From Epiperipatus broadwayi (Eukaryota; Animalia; Onychophora), in contig JAQFVV010000002.1 of NCBI GenBank assembly GCA_028023455.1, positions 32,612,001 to 32,676,000 on the forward strand: a DNA stretch of 64,000 bases, in the 5' to 3' direction. The position numbers were made by a program, and so were the translations under genes. Below, one piece after another: positions 27,006-40,089 of this stretch. The notes beneath the pieces are model-generated. The model had not been told where the DNA came from. It saw only the letters and a list, made by a program, of their open reading frames with translations, and did not search any database. Numbering within the stretch: the first letter of the stretch is position 1; the number at the start of each line of letters is the position of its first letter.

Positions 27006-27659
27006 AATCTTGACATATTCTTGGCTAGCTTGCTGACTTTCATATTTTCTCTAGTTGGAAATCACTCAGGTGGCTTCAGGTGTGTCTGTGAGATGTTTCC
27101 CTGAGGGCAAAGTTCTTGATGTCTTTTAGCTAAAGTACATCTTCATGGTGAAGGTTAATAACACTTTTTAAGCAAAAGTTCTGAATTTTTTTTTAAACAA
27201 AAACTCCACAATTTATATGTTTTTCAGCAAACAGAATTCACACTTTGCGGTTTATTTTTAGATACATTTTGACACTTATAATTCCTGTCCTTTTATTTTT
27301 GATGCATTTTTAATTAACAAAAAAGTTCTTGATCAATTAGTGCAATAGAAAGACTAGCAATATTTTTAATTATAAATACATTTTGTATCTTGAGTTTCAA
27401 CAATAGTTAATTGCAAATCTCTAGTTCCCCTCTCCCAACCCACATTTTTCCAAGAAATACAAAAAAAACTTAACAAAAACATATTTCAAGATCTAATTAA
27501 TTTAAATAAATTAAAATAATCTTTTGAAGAAATAGTGATTTCTTTGAGATAAAAAAACAACTTTAAACTGATTTTAAAGATTATTTTAAAATATTTTTAT
27601 AAGTGGATAATTTTATTAAAATAAATTATGAACTTAATTTTAAACTTGGTGCGTTTGGT

Positions 27660-28034
27660 TAATATTCTGTAATTCAATACTAATGCTATAAATGCATAAA
27701 CACAAAGCTAATATTTAATGTCTTATTAAACCATAGGCTGAGCACTTTCAAGAATCATGGCTCTCATAATCATAGATCTTTTTGAAGTAACTAATTGTTA
27801 AATGTTATGCAAAGTTCAAGTATTCCATTTCCTGGATATAGAATAACATGTTTCTTTTCTGTTGATGGATTGCTGTCTATTGCGATAAAGCAGGCCTCTT
27901 TTATCTTCTCAAATTGTTTACCTCTCTGCAGACTAAGCTGATTATTTACGGTTCATATGGATATCCTGCAAGCTTTTGGTACTGTGCAAAGCTTGCAGGA
28001 CATCCATGTGAACCACAAATAATCAGCTGTCTGC
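27660..28034 (-). mobile_element. Penelope-like 3' fragment with fold-back 5' end and decayed minimal hammerhead
   Basis: Translation VCREVNNLRR/KIKEACFIAIDSNP resembles a GIY-YIG C-terminus. Hairpin at 27928-28034. Motif ATGATTA-T-GAGAG-CCATGA-TTCTT-GAAA-GTGC-TC near 27730-27770. Confidence 0.65.
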
Positions 28035-28720
28035 TATAATGGTCCAATGGTTTTATTATAAGATTTCTCATAAACAATTTCTATTAGCAATATTTCAAAA
28101 TCACTTTTAATCTTACCTAATGCAATTGCAATTAGCAAGATTTTAAAAATAACTTTTATTTTGACCTAATGCAGGTGCAGCCATTAAAAAATCTGATTTA
28201 AGAAAAAAAACTTTTATTTTGAAATATATATATATATATAATCTTTTAATTTTTTTTTTGAAAACTTTTTAAAAAAAAAAAAAAAAAAAGAAACCTTCTG
28301 TTTTTAACATATTTTAAAGAAATACTTTTAATTATATAAAATAAGAAAACCTGTTAACAGATTTTCAAAGAAAACTCTTAAGAATTTTTAGTCATGCCTC
28401 CCTATATACATTATAATGTGGGTTAGATTATCTATCTACATACAAATTTACAATAGTAATGACAAAATTAATAATATAACTTCTAATATTAATAATATAA
28501 ACATTTTTATAAATATTGTGATGTTTGCATGTACTAATCCTATCTAATTATAGCGTTCTTTTATATTAAATAAATAATGCTGTTTAGACAGACATGACAG
28601 AAGATTTTAAAGCCTAATTTATGAGATTTTAAATACATTAAATAGGTTTAAAACTAGCTCAGGTGAGTAGGCCATCAGATTGATGATGAAATGGTGAGGG
28701 ATTGGGAAGGTTACTACTTC
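28030..28720 (+). repeat. Local segmental duplication (copy 1)
   Basis: Direct homolog of ~31516-32060 plus ~32722-32875. The second copy is split by the Penelope-like insertion. Confidence 0.85.
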
Positions 28721-29059
28721 ATATCTGTCAACTTGCGAAAAAAAACAATAAAAAAAAAGACTCTACCTACTTTGTAGTGTCTGTAATCATGAACCTTGGG
28801 TTAAATTATTAGTCTATTTACCCATATAAAAAAAAATTATTTGCCTATGGCATTATTCCATGCTAAAGTTAATATAAGTTAAACCCATATAACACAATGA
28901 TTTACAATTATTAAAATACATAACAAATTATTGGTTATTAGCAATGTCTACAATATTTAGTATAAACCGATATATATCTAAATGCATATACATCTTGGTC
29001 AAAAGGCATTAGGATGTTAGTTTTTTATACATATATTATAAGATGCATTATATACAAGG

Positions 29060-30780
29060 TGTGGAGAGGAGTAGATCCCTTTATGTAATACTTCATCAAA
29101 TAGGATCTGGGGGTTGCTTAAACAAAGTTTTTCAATACTGGGGTTAAAATGACATTCCAATAGGTCATCATCATCTTCGGACATCTATCCAGATTCCCCA
29201 TTCTCTCTTGTCAAACTTAAAGGTGGTTGCCCTGAGTGCATTTTTAAACTTTGGGCAAATTCATTCCCCTCATAAGAAATTTTGTTGCTTAAATCCCAAT
29301 CACATCCCTTCATGGAAACATCATACTCCTGATCCCATCTAACTACCCTACTCCTTCATACAAAGGGAAATATTTTCTGTGATTCTTCATCTCATTAAAA
29401 TGGAAGTTCAAACTTGTCCCTGGTTTTCCACTCTCAACCTTACTTTCTTCTTGGATGGATACAGGTCTTTTTTCTCTCTTTTTCCCTTTTACAGTACCTT
29501 TCACTTTGTGGCTTTTCTTGGGGTCTTCAATCTCTTCCCATACATTCTGTCTATTTCCCAGAGTTCCCTAGCCAGGGTTATTCTGTCCTGTTGGAGCTCC
29601 CGCTCATTTTCTAACCCTCTCTCCCACTATAGTCTATGTCTATGCAAACTGGCTCTTCATCCTCACTTTCTATGGTACTCTGCCTTTCCTTGTCTTCAAA
29701 CCCTGTCAGTTTGCTAACATTCAAAGTGGTATCATTCTTTGTTATCCTCTTCTGCTGTCTCCTGATATCTTCATTTCTTCCATCTTCACCTCCCTTAACT
29801 CTTCCACTTCTACTGTCTTTAGTTTCTCATCATTGCCACTAACATTGTGATCTATGATTTCCTTTACCTCTGTAAGGTCCTTCTTCATCTCCTGACTAGT
29901 TTTAGTATTGGTATTCATTTCCTGGTCTGCCACTTGACTCCTCTGTGCAGGGTTTCCCTTTAATTCATATTTCATTTCTCATCTGATTTTGCATCTCTTC
30001 ATATTGCTGAAGTTTGATGCTGAGATCCGTTCCAAATTTTATCGACTTCATCCTTCAAGATTACTTACTGACACTCAACTTGTCCCATAATGGCCTTAAT
30101 ATCTTCTTTGATCACCATCATTCCTTTGCTGTTTTCTTCTTGGCTCCTGTCTAACATCTCCTTAAATTCCACACAAACTTTCTCATATTTGTGCTGGCAG
30201 TTGATCAAAAACTCCTGCAGGCCTCTACATAGTTTTTCTTCTGATCGTTTACCATGGTCTCCATGTCTTGTCTAATCTTGGCCATCTCTTCCCAAGGCCT
30301 CAAATCTTTGTTTCATTTACTGATTATTTTCCCAGTCTCTAATTGTAAGAATTTGAGTCATTTTCTCCAGCATCGAATTCATGTCCCAGCATTCATTTTT
30401 TGACTTCATTTGCTGTTTTCTGTTCTACTATTCTAGGTACTCAAGGATAGTGGCAGCTCCTCCTATAAGAACTTCTTCCTTATATTGGCTCCCTTCCCCT
30501 TCCGTATCTCCTGTGCTGCTGCTATCTTTGGTAATCTCTCTTCCTGATCTTAATGTAACCCCTCTACCCTTCCTTTATTCTTCACTTCTTCCCCTTCACC
30601 CATTATTCTTTTTCCTCATCCATGCTATTATCAATTCTAATCTAACAAATTTTAATGACTATTTAGTTTGCTGTACTTTCTTTACTAACTCTGCTGTTTG
30701 CAGATCTCTCTGTTCAGGAACGTCTTGCCTACTTCCATCCCAGCTCTTGTGCTTAACTCTATTACTATATATATAAAAGT
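29060..30780 (-). mobile_element. Degraded 5' part of a LINE (ORF1 coiled-coil region and start of APE endonuclease)
   Basis: Purine-rich minus strand with E/K-rich coiled-coil ORF pieces (29742-29975; LENERELQQDRITLARELWE), followed by TYWNV resembling the APE N-terminal WNV motif. Confidence 0.45.
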
Positions 30781-32149
30781 TCACCACTATACATTCACTT
30801 TACTTGATGGAGCCCACTCAACATTTAAAATATAACTGACTAAAATTTTAATATATATAAAAAAATAAATTACTAAAATGTATAAACTCACCCTTAGTCT
30901 CTTCTTCCAGCTGCTTTTTCATTGAAATAAAATCTTTAATAGTTCATGAGTTTCAAACATATTAAATTTTTGATTTGACCTACTTTTAATTTCATTCTCG
31001 TTCTTTCTTCAATCCAATTCATCAAATTTTATTTTAAAACAACAGGACCCCCCCCCTTTTAAACCTAAAGCTTTCTTGTCTACTTCTGATGACAAATTTA
31101 TATGAGGATGACTTATAGCTTGTTCAAATCATTCTCAGGTGCCAGTCATCAGTAAAAAGGAAAGTTTATATAAAATTAACATAAAATATTTAATAATAAA
31201 ATCCCCTTAAATTTTTACTATGCATCAATATAAACGCTTTTATATAATAAAAAAAAAATTCATTTCTAACACTGGCAGCAATAACTATGAAAAAAAAATT
31301 TTTTTTTTACTTAAATACGTAAGAGAAAAAAAACTCCCTTTTGAAATGAGGTGACCATTAACTAGGTTTCAAGGTATGTGAGTTTTGATCGATCCTCACA
31401 TTGAAGGTACCAAACGTGGAATTTTTTTTACATATATATAATGAACTGTTCAGGGCATGGAATTAATTGATATGCCCCACGATTGTGTATTCAAACACAG
31501 AAAAAAATACTATGTAATGGTCCAATGGCTTTATTGTAAGATTTTTCATTGTAAACAATTTCTATTAGCAATATTTTAAAATCACTTTTAATCTTATCTA
31601 ATTCAATTTCAATTAGCAAGATTTTAAAAATAACTTTTATTTTGACCTAATGCAGGAGCAGCCATTAATTACATTCCTGTTTACAACTAAAAAAACTTTT
31701 AATTAATAAACAAAACTTTTGTTTTCATGTATATATAAAATAATCTTTTAACATTTTTTTTAAAGAAAACTTTTTTTATTTTAAAAGAAACCTTCCGTTT
31801 TTAACATACTTTAAAGAAAACTTTACTTTTAATTATATAAAATATAAAATAAAACCTCTTAACAGATTTTCAAAGAAAACTCTTTGCTCCCTATATACAT
31901 TATAATGTGGGTTAGATTATCTATCTACAGACAAATTTACAATAGTAACAACAAAATTAACAATTTACCTTCTAACATTAATAATATAATAAACATTTTT
32001 ATAAATATTACGTGACATTTGTACGCTATAATTTTGCTAATCCTATCTAACTATTAAATAATTAAATGTGTGGTTTATATATGTAATGATCAGATATTTT
32101 ATGGTAATATCTCCACACTAAACTCTAATATATTTATTTATTTCTATAC

Positions 32150-32725
32150 TTAGCACTTTCAAAGCAACGATGCCTTCATTTTCAAAGCTGTAGGTAGTTC
32201 TAATACCGATGTTCATTTATTTATTTATTTAATTCAACAGATGCAAAATTATTCAAATCAGGTCTGCCATTTCTTCAAGATTGTGTAAAATGTGTCTCTT
32301 TTATTTAACAGGGTCCGTGTCTAAGTTAATGAAGTGGGCCTCCTTAATTTTTCTTCTCATCTCATGTCGCTCACTGCACATCACGTGTGGATTGTCCGGG
32401 ATACATAGGTGGCCCATAGTGGTTTTGTGCTGTGCAAAGATGGAAGAGTGTGAAGGATCTCCGAGTGTCTTATTGTACACGTATTTATGTTGTACCAATC
32501 TTGTGTGGATAGAAGCTTTGGTCTCCCCATAATATGAAGCATCTCAATTGTTTTCTGGGCAAACTATTTTATACATGACCTGCTGGGTGTATGTTGGAGG
32601 TAGTTTATCTTTGGTGTTATTGATACATCTATTGAAATTAGGAGATTGTTAACATATGTTAAAGTCTTTGCGAAAAATTGTTTGTAGATTTGTGTGTATG
32701 TTTTTGATGTCTTTCATATGTAAAT
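32150..32725 (-). mobile_element. Penelope-like element 3' part, GIY-YIG endonuclease pseudogene
   Basis: VMYKIVCPENN*DASYYGETKASIHTRLVQH..SIFAQH..GH..ERHEMRRKIKEAHFI. Decayed hammerhead-like GAAA-GTGC-TA at ~32150-32190. Confidence 0.85.
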
Positions 32726-32874
32726 AAATAATGCTGTTTAGACAGCCATGACAGAAGATTTTAAAGCCTAATTTATGAGATTTTAAATACATTAAATAGG
32801 TTCAAAACTAGCTCAGAGGAATAGGCCATCATATTGATGATGAAATGGTAAGGAATTGTGAAGGTTACCATTTC

Positions 32875-33165
32875 ACTGCAGAGAGGGAAATGATTTGAAA
32901 AGATAAAAGAGATCTGCTTTATCACAATGGACAGCAACACCGTCAACAGAAAAAAAGCGTGTTATTCTAAATCCAGAAAATGGAATACTTGCATTTTGCA
33001 TTGATTTGCATAACATTAGACAATCTGTTACTTCACAAAGAGCTATGATTATGAGAGCCATGACTCTCCAGTGCTCAGCCTATGGTTTAATAAGGCATCA
33101 AATATTAGTTTTGTGTTTATGCGTTTATAGTGCTAGTATTGAATTACAGAATTGTAAAATAAAAT
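32875..33165 (+). mobile_element. Penelope-like 3' fragment (same family as 27660-27930, opposite orientation)
   Basis: Inverted homology to ~27660-27930. Confidence 0.7.
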
Positions 33166-33182
33166 ATATGTACACTTATATA

Positions 33183-34275
33183 TATAAATTTATAAATAAA
33201 TATTTGAAAATACAGTAATTAAAAGTTTATAAAAATTATATGTATAACCGTAACTTAGAAGCGCTTTCAACTACCTTGTAGTTTTGCCAACTATCACTTT
33301 TAAAATGTCAGCTTTCCCATAATTCCATGTCAACTTTCCCATAATTCTATGATCTTAACATTTGCTGCTTGCCTATTAATTAAATTCTGCTTGTGTTTAT
33401 ATATTAACATCGCCTCTTTAATTTTTCTTTTATTATTATTTCTTTCAGTTTCCAATATTTTTACGTTATTATAATCAAAATCAAAACCATATATACATGA
33501 TTTATTATGGTCATAAAAAACAGAAGCTGATAAATTATCACTATTTTTAAAATTTTGTTTTGTATTTTGAACCCTTTTAAATAACAATAAGTGCTCTTTT
33601 GTTCTTTTTTCCAATGTGCACCTCGATTCACTTATATATCCATTGCCACACCTACATGTTTATTTGTAAATGATACAATTTTTATTTGTCAATAAAATTT
33701 TATTTTTTGAATTGTTTATTAATTTATTTAATGTAGGTGGTGCATAAAATGCAATATCACATATTCCTTTATAAATTTTCTTAATGAAACTTGCCTGTTG
33801 ATTTGAAATATATGGTATTGATATCCAAAGTTTTTTACCAGAAAAATTAACATTATTATTAATATTTTTATATTTGGAAGTAAAATTTTTAACTGTGTAA
33901 TAAACAGACTCATAATTGTATCCAACGTTTAACAACTCATTACAATAAATTTCTGTTTTTTATGACCATAATAAATCATGTATATATGGTTTTGATTATA
34001 ATAATGTAAAAATATTGGAAACTGAAAGAAATAATAATAAAAGAAAAATTAAAGAGGCAATGTTTATATATAAATACAAGCAGAATTTAATTAATAGGCA
34101 AGCAGCAAACGTTAAGATCACAGAATTATGGGAAAGTTGACATGGAATTATGGGAAAGCTGACATTTTAAAAGTGATAGTTGAAGGTAGTTGAAAGCGCT
34201 TCTAAGTTACGGTTATACATATAATTTTTATAAACTTTTAATTACTGTATTTTCAAATATTTATTTATAAATTTA
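33183..34275 (-). mobile_element. Penelope-like element with GIY-YIG remnant and inverted terminal (pLTR) duplication
   Basis: WISIPYIS..NCIIYK*TCRCGNGYISESRCTLEKRTKEH..FDYNNVKILETERNNNKRKIKEAMLI. Arms 33183-33525 and 33951-34275 are inverted copies. Confidence 0.88.
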
Positions 34276-34529
34276 CGTATATTATTTTAAAGAAATACAG
34301 ACATCGATTTGTATTATATATATATACATGATATGGCAGAAAATACCATCTCAATAGAGAACTGGAATATTGTCATATTCTGAAGAATATTTATTAAAAT
34401 GCAACAGCAATGATTACAATACGTAGTTATACCAAAAAGATTAACACTGAAATGGATGTAAACAAGATGATTTCACAACAGTTTTATAAAAAGAATTTTG
34501 TGGATTAAAATAGCAAATTAAGATAAGAA

Positions 34530-35430
34530 AAATAAATGGAGATAATTTAAGTTATCTAGAATTATCCAATGATGTAGTTGTTTTTGAAAATAGTGCTTCA
34601 GAGCTCCAGGAAATTATGTAAGAGTTATCAAATGAAATTAATAAAACAATGATAAAAAGATTTAAGTACTTTGCTATATTATTAATATAGATGGAAACAT
34701 AATAGATTAAAAACTTTTCATAGAAATAATTTAAAAATAACAGTGCCTGTGGTTTTTAATATGTCTTACAGTTTTTTTTATGGATATGAGATTTGGACAC
34801 TTAACAGAAGAGCAATACAGAGTCCTCAGACTATCTAACAAAGTATGAAAAAGATATATGTTGGGAATGACAAGAGGTGATCAAAAACAAAATACATGGA
34901 TGAGAGATAAAACAGACATTATTGACAAAATTAGAGACTGAAATAGAGTTCAATTGGATATATTAATGCTAGAAGAAATAATAGGTGGGCAGTTGTAGTC
35001 TTAAATCTGATTTCACGAGATTATAAAAGATTTAAAAAGAGATCACATATGAGATGACTTGGATAAAGTAATGAAGTTTGCTGATAAAAGCTAGAAATCA
35101 AAAAAATTGAATTAAGCATGTAGGATTAAAGATAAATGTTAAAAAGATTCAAACAGTGTACAAAGGATTTTCTCAAAATAAAATAAAATTGGTAATAATG
35201 AATTAGAAGTTAATAACTAGAAATACTTGGCCATATTATTAATATAGATGGAAAGATAATGGATTGAAAACTTGGATAGAGGGCTTAAAAGACTTAAAAA
35301 GAAACCACATATGAGATGGCTTGGATAAAATAAGGAAGTTTGCTGGCAAAAGCTAGAGATCGGAGAAATTGAATTAAGCATGGAGAGACCTTCATTGTAC
35401 AGTTGATCGATAATAGTTAAAAACGATGAG
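34530..35430 (+). mobile_element. Degraded RTE RT/3' fragments (two partial copies)
   Basis: GDNLSYLELSNDVVVF, KYLGHIIN and the 3' end GGAGAGACCTTCATTGTACAGTTGATCGATAAT. Confidence 0.7.
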
Positions 35431-35610
35431 AATGAATTAAATATTTATAAAATTGCTAAATATAAATCCAATTTAAAGATGTTCAAATTTTAATAATATA
35501 TGGAGAAATAATATATTTATATCTAAGCTTTCTAAAACACACACATTGGTAATTATAAACATATCAAAATTAGAAAATAACAAATATCTTTATGCTGCTC
35601 TTCCATAAAA

Positions 35611-36801
35611 AATAATCGGAAAATAATAAATTCTTTAGAACAGCTATATAAATATCAAATTTTTTTATACATTAAAAGCCTTTTTCAGCACCCGATTTGG
35701 TGTCCTTTTCAAATGTTAATAATCTATTATCAATATATATGTGCTCTACACACAGATAATGAAGTAAAGCCGTAACTATTTCAATAATCTATTATGTAAA
35801 CAAACTATTTCAGACATAAAACCATCTAGTGTTCAATAATGAAATTAAAACAAGCAATAACAATATAAATCATTAAAAAAATAATCAAAACCCGCATATA
35901 TAAATCCAGTAATTACAAAATAATTGACTATATCATAATAATACAATAAATAAAATAAATTACATGCATTTTTTACAATTATATATATGTCAGTTTATAT
36001 AATTTTCCATTCATTTTTAATTAACCAAATTTATAAAAGTCTTGTAAATATTCATACAATTATTTTTAATATAGTATGTTTAATATATTTGTCTTCTTTT
36101 TGAATCTTTGATGTAATTTAAACATTTACTACTTTTTGTAGCATTATACATTCATTTCTTGAAATATGAGTATAGAATAGATACTACAAAGGGTACTAAA
36201 TGTTTAAATTACATCAAAGATCCAAAAAGAAGACAAATATATGAAATATACTGTATTAAAAATAATTTAAATAATTATATGAATATTTTCAAGAATAAAT
36301 TTGGTTAATTAAAAATGAATGGAAAATTATATAAATTGACATATATATATATAATTATATTAAATCATGCTTTCACACTTCCAACGTAAAGCTATAACAA
36401 CAAATTGTTATAGCTTTACGTTGGAAGTGTGAAAGCACGATTTAATATTATTATATTGAAGACAAACGTAAAGTATAAATATACAGGTTATTACATATAT
36501 ATAATTGTAAAAAATGCATGTAATTTATTTATTTATTGTATTGTTATGACATAGTCAAATATTTTGTAATTAATGGATTTATATATGTAGGTTTTGATTT
36601 TTTTTAATGATTTATATTATTATTGTTTATTTTAATTTCATTATTGAACACCATATGGTTTTATGTCTGAAATAGTTCATTAACATAATAGATTATTAAC
36701 AGTTGAAAAGGGCACCAAATCAGGTGCTGAAAAAGACTTTTAATGTATAAAAAAATTTGATATTTATATAGTTGTTGTAAAGAATTTATTTTCTGATTAT
36801 T
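35611..36801. repeat. Nested inverted-repeat (branched fold-back) structure
   Basis: Outer arms ~35611-35990 / ~36493-36801. Inner arms ~35981-36145 / ~36185-36350. A near-perfect 44-bp hairpin with a 4-nt loop spans 36357-36448. Confidence 0.85.
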
Positions 36802-37289
36802 ACTTATATATACTATTTATTAATAAAAATATTGAAATACACAAAACTATATTTCAAATTATTTTTCAAATTTTAAAATTCCAAAAAACATTTCTTATTC
36901 TTATCTTCTCCTTTTCACTTTCTTTGCATCTTTCTTCATATATATCAAACGTTTCTATATACTCTACTCATATACACTTCAATGAAATTTTTATATAATT
37001 TATTCTTTATTTTATTTTACAGGACAGTTGAAACTGTAAGGAAAATAAAGGAGAAATTATATAAAAATTGCATTGAACATGAGGAGAGTATATAGAAGAG
37101 TTTGAAAAACATATCTTGACAAGGAAAATGTAAAAAATATTCATATAGTAATGATTTACTGGAAAGTTATTCTTTGATTGCATCTGCCATTTGTTTATGA
37201 AAAAAAATTAAGGATAGATTGTCTTATTTTTTAAAAAATTGCTAAGCAGAAGTGATTTTTAAATAATATCAAGTAAATTCAGTATGAAG

Positions 37290-38185
37290 AATGATCAAGT
37301 GATGTGATGCACTGTGACTTCTTCTTATACGGAATCAGGGTTCTTTCAGCCACTATGCCCAGAGAAACCTGTTAGCCACTTTATCTTCCCTTTCCATTCC
37401 CGCACTAAGTTTTCCCATAATCTGCTCCATCCCATTTCCACAACATAATCTTTGTCAACTCCATTGCCTTCATATCTAAATCCCTCTTATCTTTTCCCAA
37501 ACCCAGCATAAAAATCAATAACCCACTTTCTGTATAATCACTTTGTTCATATTTAATTTTCCATAACTTCATTATTTGTACTCTTTCTGCTTCCAAGCAT
37601 TTACATTGAAGTAACAGATGTCTAATATTTTCTATGCCTTCCTTATACAACTTGCAGACTAAATCACCCATATTTTTCCATTTACGTGTATATTCCCTTG
37701 TTGCTAAAGATCCCGTTCGAGCTTTAAACAATAAACTACTTTCTTTGCTATTATCATAAATTAACTCGATGTGATGTAATGTATTGTAGCTTCTCCTTAA
37801 ACGAAGTCAAGAATATCTAAGCAATTATGCCCAAATAAACCTGTTAGCCACTTAATTTTCCATTCCCCACTCTAAGTTTTCCCATATTCTGCTCCATCCC
37901 ACTTCCACAACATAATCTTTGTCAACTCTACAGCCTTAATATCTAATTTCCCCTTATCTTTTCCCAAACCCAGCATAAAAACCAACAATTCACTTTCTGT
38001 ATAATCACTTTTTTCAAATTTATTCTTCCATAACTTCATTATATGTACCCTTTCTGTTTTCAAACATTTACATTCAATTAACAAATGCCTAATATTTTCT
38101 ATTCCTTCCTTACATAATTTACAAAATAAATCACCCATATTTTTCCATTTACATGTATATTCTCTTGTAGCTAAAGATCCCGTTC
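37290..38185 (-). mobile_element. Two tandem 3' fragments of a LINE (C-terminal CCHC domain)
   Basis: ORFs 37405-37731 and 37872-38138 both encode CKLC/Y..ENIRHLL..CKCL..ER..MLGLG..WKWDG. Confidence 0.75.
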
Positions 38186-39399
38186 GATCAACAAAGTAAA
38201 TACATGTAGCGCCACTATGGTCAGAACTTAACTGTCAAGATTTGTGGAAAAAAATGTATTACTTTGCTATTAATTTACAGGGAAGTATTACCTAATTAAT
38301 AACACATAACTGTGAAAAAATATATATGCTAAGTTTTAGAATACGTGTCATGTCTGAACACGATTTTTTTTTTATTGTTTTTTTTTTTTAATATTTTTAT
38401 TTTATATAAAGTGTAGACAACAAAAAAATCTAGTATAAATTGATTTACATTTTTAATAGTAACTTCCTGAGTGTTTTGATAATGTTGTGATCCAGTCCAT
38501 GTGGATAGGTAGATTTCTTTGGGTGCAAGAAGCTTATCTTTTTTTCGAATAGAATTAAATGTATTTTTAATAAAAAGTTGTAAGTCCAATGGAGAATTAG
38601 TTATAAATGAAACTTTTTTATGCTTTCGTTTTCGCATAATCATAATAAAGCTAAAGTAGTCTAATTTCTGCCCGATTACATGTTTAATAGAAATCATGAC
38701 AAAACTTTCCAATCGGGTTCTGGCCATCAAGTTTTAATAAAATTTAATTTTGAAAAATTATTGTCGCCGCTTACAACTATCTCCGATAACGATATGTCAA
38801 ATTAATTCAATCATTCTGAAATTTTATACATGATGTATATTCGTTGTAAAAATGTTACTGTATTCTCATCAAGCCATTTTGATATATACGCATGTATTTT
38901 AATTTGAGATCAAAGTCAACTGTTAGACAACGAACTGAAATTATCGCAAAGTTTGGTGTTCGGCAATTACCATGGGGTATCAACACTTTACGGCGCGACA
39001 TTCAATACCCCATTATTTTAAATGATTTTTAAAAAGTACAATGAAATTTTATTATGTAAAAATTGAACCAATGTTATTCTAAAGTCTGATTTTAACCGAG
39101 AAGAAATGATGAACTTTTTATTATTTATTTTTCGTATTTTTTAGGAATAGGATGTTTGCCTTTACCACCAAATCTCGATGCCCCAAATACCGGTCCTGGT
39201 TAAATGTATATATTAATTAAAGTCTAATTTATCAACATTTAAACATTATTTTATCATTAATGTAAGAATGAGCTGTATAAAATAGATTATTGGTCATATC
39301 AAACCGAACAAAAATAGTAGGAACGTAATTAAATACTGTATATAATTGTAATAATCTGATTTAACGAGTCTATTTAAAACTATACATATATGAATTAAA

Positions 39400-39884
39400 A
39401 ATCTTGTAAAATCCACAAACTTGACAACACTATTTTAAAAATACATTAGAAACTGAATCATTTTAAATTTAGCTTATTTGGGGTTAACATTCACAATGAG
39501 CGTTTGAATTTTCCGCCATTTTTAAGTTAGCAACCCATAACGTTAAAAACCCTTCACTAAGTTCTCATTTTATCTTTTAAAATATTTTTAGTTTTGTAAA
39601 TCCAAGCATTTTTATACTTCATTTTAAGTACCATATATGTGGTTGTGAAGCAACAAATATATTTTTGTTTAGAATAAATGAAAAAATATATGAAAAAAGT
39701 ATGTTAGGCAGAGCTATTAACAATGTTTTTCGGAGACTAAGTGACCGCTTGGAACGCTTTAATCGCACTACTTTTTCCCGCAGCTGCCTTTACAACTGGA
39801 TATTGGTGCGTTTTCTCGCCTAGTTATCCGCCGATTTGAAGTGGAAAAAGGGGGAAAAAATAATTCAATGCATACAACTTCTAA
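39400..39884 (+). promoter_or_regulatory. Probable promoter/5' UTR of the K2P gene
   Basis: CpG-retaining segment immediately upstream of the ATG; contains the blocks conserved with the 4265-5640 duplicate. Confidence 0.55.
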
Positions 39885-40089
39885 ATGTTTAACAGAAAAA
39901 TTCAACCATTAAATATGGTTATAAGTAGGAGTAATTTCCGTTTAGTAGTTCTTCTTGGATTCTATGTTTTATATTTGGTAATCGGTGCTTCTATTTTTGC
40001 GGCAATTGAATCCCCCAAGGAAACAGAGAATATCAAAGCTTTACGAAAAACGAGAGCTTTATTTTTAAGAAAACATCCATGCGTTAAAG
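39885..40089 (+). CDS. First coding exon of a two-pore-domain (K2P, TWIK-like) potassium channel
   Basis: MFNRKIQPLNMVISRSNFRLVVLLGFYVLYLVIGASIFAAIESPKE..RALFLRKHPCVK contains the M1 helix signature YLxxGAxxFxxxE and the cap region with HPC. Canonical phase-1 donor G|GTAAGT at 40089/40090. Start may be the second Met (39915). No downstream exon found. Confidence 0.88.

Noticed and set aside
27928-28034. ~48-bp-arm hairpin as a pre-miRNA
   Set aside because: One arm is Penelope coding sequence, so it is explained as the inverted 5' end of a truncated PLE.
38203-38222. CTCF-like CCATAGTGGCGC on the minus strand
   Set aside because: Needs a gap to fit the consensus; too weak on its own.
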